Positions 56,954-64,000 of a DNA stretch of 64,000 bases are shown here, piece after piece (position 1 is the stretch's first letter; every line of letters begins with the position of its first letter). A program made the position numbers and the translations under genes. The notes under the pieces are model-generated. The model did not search any database. It saw nothing but the letters and a program-made list of their open reading frames with translations, and had not been told where the DNA came from. The stretch comes from a virus (lineage: Duplodnaviria > Caudoviricetes). Location: positions 6,679 through 70,678 of the IMG/VR virus record IMGVR_UViG_3300033121_001410; one strand, written 5' to 3'.

Positions 56954-58024
56954 ATGGATACACCAAGAAGAAAAGTTAAAACAGCAAAATTAACACGAAG
57001 CAATTTGCCTCTTAAAAAAGACAAAGGTGCAAGTTTAGGAGTTGAACCTTTTAAAGATGAACTATCACACATTTCTAGAAGAAGCTCGGCGCCATTTATA
57101 CAAATGTATACAAGAAGTGCAGATGCAACCACTGGTGATGTGGGCGGCATGGCAAAACCAGATTTTATGAAAATCTATATGGATCCAACCGATGAAAGAG
57201 AGTTTGAAAGATTCGCAAGAAAAGCAAATGCAAGTCTAGAAGAACCAATTTCAGAAGACGAACTATATTCAATGTTTGTCGTTGATAGCACTGTAAAATA
57301 CTTAAAAAACAAAGATGTTGAACCAGTTCATCGTGGTGGGCCAGTGTCTTCATATAAATCAATAACTGTTGAAGAAACAGAAGATGAGGCTGGAAATACA
57401 GATTTAGCAAATATAGAAGTAATTTTCGTTTTGATGGGATATACAGAAAAAGAAAAGAACGAAGTATTTGAGAAGTTAAATCATCTTGGTGTTTTAAATG
57501 AAAACTATGATCCAAGTGTAAGGCTTAGAAAATTAGCTGGTTTGATCACAGAAAATTATGCATTAGAAGCTGATGGTGAATATCGCTCACCAACGATTGA
57601 TATTGCTTATGAGGTTGTTTCACCAGAATCAGCAGCAGAAGGCGATGTTGAAGAACGTGGCATTTATGAAGCAGATATTGACATGGCTCCTGAAGTTAAA
57701 GATGAAATTGCATACTCAGAAGCTTTAGTTGACAAAACAATTAAGTTTATTGAAGATTTCAAAAAAAGATCTGGTGGTGATCTTATTGAACCAAGCTCAT
57801 CTCAATTTCATGAAGGTGTTTGGTATACAATATACAACCTTGATTACAAAGAAGGCAAAGAGATGTCATACAGTATTCATTTAAATGGATACAACACAGA
57901 AGAACAAAAGAGAATATATGATTCTGTGAAAGGATTCCACAAGCCATTTGGTTTAATGGAGTTTAAACAATTAGTAATCAAAACAATAAAAGAGGAATAT
58001 CAAAAGGTAAACAAAGTTAAGTGA
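56954..58024 (+). CDS. Hypothetical acidic protein with internal duplication
   Basis: Two related halves ending LMGYTEKEK..VF and LNGYNTEEQ..IY; LNEN/ITEN linker. Confidence 0.65.
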   Translation: MDTPRRKVKTAKLTRSNLPLKKDKGASLGVEPFKDELSHISRRSSAPFIQMYTRSADATTGDVGGMAKPDFMKIYMDPTDEREFERFARKANASLEEPISEDELYSMFVVDSTVKYLKNKDVEPVHRGGPVSSYKSITVEETEDEAGNTDLANIEVIFVLMGYTEKEKNEVFEKLNHLGVLNENYDPSVRLRKLAGLITENYALEADGEYRSPTIDIAYEVVSPESAAEGDVEERGIYEADIDMAPEVKDEIAYSEALVDKTIKFIEDFKKRSGGDLIEPSSSQFHEGVWYTIYNLDYKEGKEMSYSIHLNGYNTEEQKRIYDSVKGFHKPFGLMEFKQLVIKTIKEEYQKVNKVK

Positions 58025-58120
58025 AAACATGTTTGTGGCAAGTATTTTAAAATAAAAATAAAAAAACGCAAAATTGTTTCAATTAATGAATATTTAATCA
58101 ATAATATTTTGGAGTAAGAA

Positions 58121-61102
58121 ATGACAATAAACTTTAAAAGCGCGGGTGTAAACGTAACGGTGACCAACTTAACTGGTCCAACCGCATTAAGTCCTCTTGG
58201 TCTTCCAGCAGGAATTGTAGGTACCTCTGAAAAGGGACCAGCATTTGTTCCTGTGACAGTGCCAACAATGCAAGACTTTATGGTAAAGTTTGGTAAACCA
58301 GTAGATGGTGCTTGCAATGGCCCATTAGCAGTTTCAGAATGGCTTAGAAATGCACAAGCTTGTACGTTCTTAAGAGTTCTTGGAATTGGTGATGGCAATG
58401 CTCGTACAACAAGTGGTCTAAACAAAGGAAAAGTAACAAATGCTGGCTTTGTTGTTGGTGACCAACAACCACAAACAATTTATTCTGGCGCTTTGGGGAA
58501 TAACCAAGAGGCAAATGTCGGTGGAACCCTGGGTAGAACATACTTCCTTGGCGCTTTCATGAGCGAATCAAATGGTTCAACATTCCTTAGTGATGCTGGA
58601 TTATCTGGTGTGGGCGTTCCAATGATTAGAGGCGTTCTTATGGCCGCTTCTGGCGTTATTGTTTCATTGTCAAACTCAGTCGGTGGAGACAATACTGCTC
58701 CAGACGTTACTGCAAACTCAGCAACAGTTAAAGGTTTCCAAACTGGTTCAGTTGTTTTGTCCAGTGGCAAACAAGAGTTCGTAATGTTCTTAAATGGTCA
58801 CAAGGCTGCAAATCTTTCTTACCCAAATATAATCACAGCATCCTTTGATCCTACTGCCCCAAATTACTTTGGCGACATCTTCAATAAAGATCCTTACAAT
58901 CTTGAAAAAGCTGGCTACTGTTTGTATTCTCACTTTGACATTTATCCATCTGTTGCTACAGTAACAGGCGCATCAGCAATTGTTGCCGCATCTGATGGAT
59001 TAGGAAACGAAAGAATTGCATTTGTTATCACTGGTTCACAAACAAGAAACAGTGGAACAATTTATGCTCCAAACTTTGAAAACTTTGAAGATCGCTATAG
59101 AACAGCATTTAGCCCATGGGTTACCTCACAACGATTTGGTGGTAAACCAAAGAATCTTTTCAAGATTCATTCATTAAGTGATGGCTCTGGTCCAAATGAA
59201 CAAGTAAAGATTTCTATTGAAGCAATTACACCTGCATTAAATGGCGTAAATCCATATGGAACATTCGATTTGCTTGTCAGAGATGCAACAGATACCGATA
59301 AGAATAAGAAGGTTCTTGAACGTTGGACTGGTTTAAGCCTTGACCCAAGTTCAAACAAATATGTTGCTCGTGTTATTGGCGACTATCACACATTCTACAA
59401 TCTTGAAGCTTCTACAGACGAACAAAAGATTGTTATTAATGGTGATTATCCAAACGTGTCAAAGTATATTCGCGTAGAAATGGCCGACGAAGTTACAAAT
59501 GGAGAAATGGATCCATCTGCATTACCAATTGGTTTCAGAGGATTGCAACACTTTATGACTTCTGGAAGCGCACCAATGGGCGCATATTCAGACACAGGTA
59601 TATTGTCCAGCACAAACCCATGGTACAAACTTGTTCAACCACCTGTTCCATTTAGATTAAATCTAAGCAAGGGATCTTCACCAAACAACACAGGAGACAA
59701 GGGATTGTATTGGGGTGTTCAATTTGAACAAATCATGTCGGTCACAGAATCCAACTCAACAACTGTGTTCAATGATTCGTTGTTTGGATTCACAAAATAC
59801 TACCCAGATTTCCAAACAGATTGGCAAGATTTCGTAACATACGAAAACGAAGGAACATCGGATACAGCACAAAATGGTATAATTGATGCTGATAGATTCA
59901 ACAACAATTTCTTCTCACTTGATAAGATTAAAGTTGTATATGTTTCATCCTCTAACTTACCAGATTTAAACAATCTTCAACGCTGGTCTTATGTAAGAAA
60001 TGGAAGCATTTCTACAGACACAGTAAACTTTACTCGTGCTCTTACAATGAGCGATCTTTCTGATCCAACCGTAAGACAAGTTTGTAAGTTTACTTTCCCG
60101 CTTCAAGGCGGATTCAATGGAACAAGAATCTTTGATGAAAAATCAAATACATTGTCCAATGAAGCGATTGTTGAAGAAATGAACAATTCCAATCGTGGAT
60201 TCTCACAAGGTCCAACAGTTCAAACATACCAAAAGACATTCAATATCTTACAAGATACCTCGGAGTTAGATATGCAATTGCTTGCAATTCCAGGCATTCG
60301 TCATAGATACTTAACAGATCAAGCTCTCGCAGTCGTCGAGAATAGATTTGATGCAATGTATCTTATGGATATCGAACAAATGGATACAAACAATACAGAT
60401 GTTACAGCAACTACACAAGTTGTTAGCGTTAGAAATACAATCAATAATTTCCAAGAACGAGGAATTAATTCTTCCTTTGGATCGGCATATTTCCCAGATT
60501 GTATTGTTCGCGATACTGTGAATAATGTAATTCGACAAGTTCCACCTTCAGTTATTGCACTTGGAGCATATTCAAAGAATGATGCAGTTGCATATCCATG
60601 GTATGCACCAGCAGGATTTACAAGAGGCGCACTTGAAACAACACAAGAAGCTGCTGTTCAATTGTCAAGAAACAACATGGATGATTTGTATGTAAACAAC
60701 ATCAATCCAATTGTTGCCTTCCCAGGTTCTGACGGTACCGTAATTTGGGGACAAAAAACAATGTTAACCAGCGAATCTTCACTTGAAAGAGTAAATGTTC
60801 GTAGATTAATGCTCAGCCTTCGTCGTCAAGTTAGAAAAGTTGCAAACAGATTCTTGTTCGAACCAAACAAAGAATCAACACTTGAAAGATTCCAACAACT
60901 TGTACAACCAATTCTTAAAAAGATTCAAGACCAAAAAGGTGTTGATCAATATCTTGTAAGAATTGATACTTCAACAACAACACAAGCCGATATTGAAAAT
61001 AAGACAATTCGTGGAAAGATTTTCATCGTTCCAACAAAAACACTCGAATTTTTATCACTCGACTTTACTCTCACCAATCAAGGCAATTTCGAGATTGCTT
61101 GA
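58121..61102 (+). CDS. Tail sheath protein 2 (T4 gp18-like)
   Basis: FKSAGV, KGPAFVPV, SAYFP, VPPSV, PWYAPAGFTRG, INPI, VNVRRL. Confidence 0.93.
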   Translation: MTINFKSAGVNVTVTNLTGPTALSPLGLPAGIVGTSEKGPAFVPVTVPTMQDFMVKFGKPVDGACNGPLAVSEWLRNAQACTFLRVLGIGDGNARTTSGLNKGKVTNAGFVVGDQQPQTIYSGALGNNQEANVGGTLGRTYFLGAFMSESNGSTFLSDAGLSGVGVPMIRGVLMAASGVIVSLSNSVGGDNTAPDVTANSATVKGFQTGSVVLSSGKQEFVMFLNGHKAANLSYPNIITASFDPTAPNYFGDIFNKDPYNLEKAGYCLYSHFDIYPSVATVTGASAIVAASDGLGNERIAFVITGSQTRNSGTIYAPNFENFEDRYRTAFSPWVTSQRFGGKPKNLFKIHSLSDGSGPNEQVKISIEAITPALNGVNPYGTFDLLVRDATDTDKNKKVLERWTGLSLDPSSNKYVARVIGDYHTFYNLEASTDEQKIVINGDYPNVSKYIRVEMADEVTNGEMDPSALPIGFRGLQHFMTSGSAPMGAYSDTGILSSTNPWYKLVQPPVPFRLNLSKGSSPNNTGDKGLYWGVQFEQIMSVTESNSTTVFNDSLFGFTKYYPDFQTDWQDFVTYENEGTSDTAQNGIIDADRFNNNFFSLDKIKVVYVSSSNLPDLNNLQRWSYVRNGSISTDTVNFTRALTMSDLSDPTVRQVCKFTFPLQGGFNGTRIFDEKSNTLSNEAIVEEMNNSNRGFSQGPTVQTYQKTFNILQDTSELDMQLLAIPGIRHRYLTDQALAVVENRFDAMYLMDIEQMDTNNTDVTATTQVVSVRNTINNFQERGINSSFGSAYFPDCIVRDTVNNVIRQVPPSVIALGAYSKNDAVAYPWYAPAGFTRGALETTQEAAVQLSRNNMDDLYVNNINPIVAFPGSDGTVIWGQKTMLTSESSLERVNVRRLMLSLRRQVRKVANRFLFEPNKESTLERFQQLVQPILKKIQDQKGVDQYLVRIDTSTTTQADIENKTIRGKIFIVPTKTLEFLSLDFTLTNQGNFEIA

Positions 61103-61106
61103 AAAA

Positions 61107-61898
61107 TTAACATAATATAAAAAACCGCCAAATATAATTGTTGGCGGTTTTTCTTTTATTATTACAACATTGACTAATTGATGATAATTTAGTATTTGTT
61201 GCAACAGATGCTTCTTTCATATAATTCCATATTTTAATAAGTTTGCCATCTAAACTATATTGAGCAACCATTTTAGAATTACTGTTTTTTATTCCCGATC
61301 TTCTGCCATCTTTTAATTTATCTATTGTTTCTTTTTTTAATGATTTTCCCTTTAGGGCTTTTGAAATATTTTCACAATGTTTTTTAGTTCTTTTGTGGTT
61401 TTTTAATTTTTCTCTTATTTTGTCTTTAGATGATTGTTTTAATTTTTTTCCATGTTTTGGATGAATTGATCCAGAAATCGAGAATGGGTTCCTGGTTTTG
61501 TCTAAAAGTCTTTTGTGTGTATTTTTGTGTATTTTTCTTCCTTTTAATTTTTTTGATATTTTTATTTTTATTTCTTCTGGCATCTTAATTCCGCGAGTTC
61601 CTCGTGCATCTTTGCAAATATTATAACACATTATTTGATTATCATAATATTTTTCTATGTATTCTTTTTCTCTTTCAAATAACAAATCCACATCTTTAAC
61701 AATTTCTAATATTTCAAAAGAAAAATACTCAATCCCACATTTTAAAAAATCATTTTGCATAAACTTATTAGCATGATTTTTATTTCTTATTTTTCTTATA
61801 TGTTCAGCTTTTCTATTTTTAAAACAGATAGTAGAACCTATATATAATCTATTATTTTTTAGATTTTTAATAATATATATGCCAGATATTTTGCTCAT
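61107..61898 (-). CDS. GIY-YIG homing endonuclease with NUMOD3/NUMOD1-like tail
   Basis: SGIYIIKNLKNNRLYIGS, HAN.FMQNDF, RE..YI, YN; VAQYSLDG..IK.W....EAS. Confidence 0.9.
   Translation of the reverse strand: MSKISGIYIIKNLKNNRLYIGSTICFKNRKAEHIRKIRNKNHANKFMQNDFLKCGIEYFSFEILEIVKDVDLLFEREKEYIEKYYDNQIMCYNICKDARGTRGIKMPEEIKIKISKKLKGRKIHKNTHKRLLDKTRNPFSISGSIHPKHGKKLKQSSKDKIREKLKNHKRTKKHCENISKALKGKSLKKETIDKLKDGRRSGIKNSNSKMVAQYSLDGKLIKIWNYMKEASVATNTKLSSISQCCNNKRKTANNYIWRFFILC
61120..61152. terminator. Bidirectional terminator hairpin after sheath 2
   Basis: AAAAACCGCCAA-9 nt-TTGGCGGTTTTT. Confidence 0.75.
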
Positions 61899-61981
61899 TG
61901 TATAATAAACAGTATATAACATGCTGTATTTTATGTTTTTGTTTTCTATTTAATATAGAATTATATTGTAAGGAATGCACC

Positions 61982-62884
61982 ATGACAAAAAGACTTATCA
62001 ATCCAAAATTAATAAAAGAATCACACTTAGACGATTATGACCAATTTGGATACAACAGAGAAGATGATTATGCATCAAGCACTGATATAAACATTGATTT
62101 AGAAGACCATATTATTGATTTAATGGTTGATGTTATGATGGAAAATATTGGAACATCAAGACCAGAAGATTTGAGCCAAGAAGAATTAATGGATGGTTTG
62201 ATTTATAAAAGAATAGGCCAAAAGGTTCTCGATTATCTTGAATCACATCCAGGAAGATTTGAAAACATGGCTGCTGCCGCCGCTAAACATGTAAATGAAC
62301 TTGTTGGAGAGAAATTAAAGACAAAATTATTTGAAAGTGCAAGCTCATATAAAATACTTAAAGAAAATGTTAAATTAATGGAAGCTGTTTTAGAAGACGA
62401 TGATCTTGATCCAGCACAAGCATTAGGAGTAAATCCAAAAGCAAAAACCCCATTCCTTGCAAGAATGTTTGATAAACTTGGATCGATGTTCCAAAAGGGA
62501 ACACAAAAATATGACCCATCACAACAAATTAAAACACCATCAACTGCATTAAACGCACTTGATACCAAGCTTCAAAACGTCAAAAAACTTGAAGGTTCAT
62601 TTAAACAAAATGTTTTACAGCACTCAAATGCTGCACATCGTTATTATGCTGCGATTGTTGATTTACTTGTAGCTTTTGATACTTATCTTGATGGTATTCC
62701 AGAAGAAAAACGTGGCGTATATGAAAGATTAGTATTGAAATCCGTAAAAGGATTCTATAATAATTTTGCATCAGAACTTCAAGCCGCAAAATCACAAATG
62801 GATGCAATTTCATCGGATGCAAACAAATATGGATATGATCTCAAATCCATGATTGATCGCGTTCCAGCACAAAGAATAGGTTGA
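61982..62884 (+). CDS. Hypothetical, possibly internal head protein
   Basis: ATG after AAGGA; LIKES, LFES, ILKEN, LMEA motifs; TATTTA upstream. Confidence 0.65.
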   Translation: MTKRLINPKLIKESHLDDYDQFGYNREDDYASSTDINIDLEDHIIDLMVDVMMENIGTSRPEDLSQEELMDGLIYKRIGQKVLDYLESHPGRFENMAAAAAKHVNELVGEKLKTKLFESASSYKILKENVKLMEAVLEDDDLDPAQALGVNPKAKTPFLARMFDKLGSMFQKGTQKYDPSQQIKTPSTALNALDTKLQNVKKLEGSFKQNVLQHSNAAHRYYAAIVDLLVAFDTYLDGIPEEKRGVYERLVLKSVKGFYNNFASELQAAKSQMDAISSDANKYGYDLKSMIDRVPAQRIG

Positions 62885-62904
62885 GTGTAAACAAATAACT
62901 TATC

Positions 62905-62930
62905 AAAGCCACACAAGTTTGTGGCTTTTT
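62905..62930 (+). terminator. Intrinsic terminator
   Basis: AAAGCCACA-CAAGTT-TGTGGCTTT-TT. Confidence 0.75.
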
Positions 62931-62945
62931 GTTTTAAAAATATCT

Positions 62946-62974
62946 TTGACAAATATTATGTTTCATGTTATCAT
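62946..62974 (+). promoter_or_regulatory. Sigma70-like promoter
   Basis: TTGACA-17 nt-TATCAT with TG extension; AGGAG SD downstream. Confidence 0.7.
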
Positions 62975-62999
62975 TCTCTAATTCACCAAGGAGAACAAC

Positions 63000-63284
63000 A
63001 TGGAAGATGTAGAAGAAACTAAAAGTACAAGAATTGAAACTGGCGCTGTACAGTTTGATGATGATTGGCATGGTATTTTTATTCGTGGAGATAATGCCAT
63101 GTTTTATTCTCTCATTGTAAAACAGGCAGTTGAACAACTGAAAAAAGATAAGTCATATTCAATTATTGACAGGATTCAACTAGAAGCACTTGCAGATTTA
63201 TTGCACAAGTGCGATGAGCGAATTGAAGAAAATAAAACTTTACAAAAAATATCAATAAAAGATGTTGAAATTATTTCCAAATAA
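63000..63284 (+). CDS. Hypothetical protein
   Basis: 94 aa, AGGAG SD. Confidence 0.75.
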   Translation: MEDVEETKSTRIETGAVQFDDDWHGIFIRGDNAMFYSLIVKQAVEQLKKDKSYSIIDRIQLEALADLLHKCDERIEENKTLQKISIKDVEIISK

Positions 63285-63747
63285 TACAAAATATTCTGTT
63301 GCTTCAAAAAAAAGCCAAGGGTGGTTTGGAGCAAAAAGAACATTTGATATTCATACAGGAATAGATATATACGTTCCTGTAGGTACAAAAGTATTGTCTT
63401 TATACGATGGTACCGTTGTTAATATAGAATGGTTTACCGGAGAATATAGCGAACCACCAACTCCATGGTGGTATAATACAATGGCTATATGGGTCAAATC
63501 AGATTATCTTGATGAAACTATTGTTTATGGTGAAATTGAACCATCTGTTGATTTAGGCCAAAAAATCCTAAAAGGTATGGTTGTAGGAACAGTCAAAGAA
63601 GTTTTAAAGAAAAATAAAAATAAAAACTCAACATCAATGTTGCACCTAGAATTATATAAAAACACTCCTAAACAAACAGTTGTTTGGAAACTAAACGAAG
63701 AAAAACCAGAAAATCTATTAAACCCAGAGGGGTTATTAAAAATATGA
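63262..63747 (+). CDS. M23-family peptidase-like protein
   Basis: HTGIDIY.P.GT.V....DG.V, VYGEI, MLHLELY. Confidence 0.72.
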   Translation: MLKLFPNNTKYSVASKKSQGWFGAKRTFDIHTGIDIYVPVGTKVLSLYDGTVVNIEWFTGEYSEPPTPWWYNTMAIWVKSDYLDETIVYGEIEPSVDLGQKILKGMVVGTVKEVLKKNKNKNSTSMLHLELYKNTPKQTVVWKLNEEKPENLLNPEGLLKI

Positions 63748-64000
63748 CATATATTAGATTAAATAAAGACGCAAACAACATAGAAGAAGTAAGAGAATAT
63801 TACACGGATAGAGCAAAACAATTGTTGTTCCACAATATTTCTTGGACTAAAGAAATACTTCCTTTTAAAGACTTGGGCGCTTATACATTTTTTTATGCAT
63901 CATATGCTAAACCGATGGTTAGTTTTTATGTTTTCAAAGACAAAAGAGGACAAAATGCATTTAAGCAGTTTTTAAATGAATGGTGGGAACATAAAAAATA
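63744..64000 (+). CDS. Hypothetical protein, 3'-truncated
   Basis: ATG overlapping M23 stop; frame open to window end (MTYIRLNKDANN...). Confidence 0.6.
   Translation, partial: MTYIRLNKDANNIEEVREYYTDRAKQLLFHNISWTKEILPFKDLGAYTFFYASYAKPMVSFYVFKDKRGQNAFKQFLNEWWEHKK

Noticed and set aside
1-64000. Stop-codon recoding (TAG/TGA)
   Set aside because: Long genes are intact in the standard code; TAG and TGA end genes at tight junctions
1-64000. CRISPR array
   Set aside because: No regularly spaced direct repeats with unique spacers seen
63744-64000. GNAT assignment from FYVFKDKRGQN
   Set aside because: Truncated and only a weak motif

Overview
AT-rich segment of a large T4-like (jumbo) myophage genome read in the standard genetic code. 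Left to right: a 5'-truncated Mre11-Rad50 (gp47/gp46-like) fusion; a terminase-ATPase paralog; a fractured large terminase gene (atypically split intein with a free-standing nuclease gene between the halves, plus two cis inteins); two ATP-grasp ligases; a translation module (tRNA-Thr, tRNA-Gly, tRNA-Met, Pth2, EF-Ts, IF-1); a Dps-like gene; GroEL with a class-3 intein; the head module (intein-bearing portal and prohead protease, scaffold, major capsid protein); neck and tail-completion genes (gp13/gp14/gp15-like); two paralogous tail sheaths; and an M23 peptidase. I count 6 inteins and 7 free-standing putative homing endonucleases. The most unusual element is a set of seven diverged minimal protein-kinase-like paralogs in two tandem arrays among the neck genes. 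Each begins with a leader resembling the T4 capsid-targeting sequence, suggesting a virion-packaged, injected kinase arsenal (inference, untested). All calls come from motif reading only; no database searches were run. No CRISPR array, rRNA or reverse transcriptase was seen.
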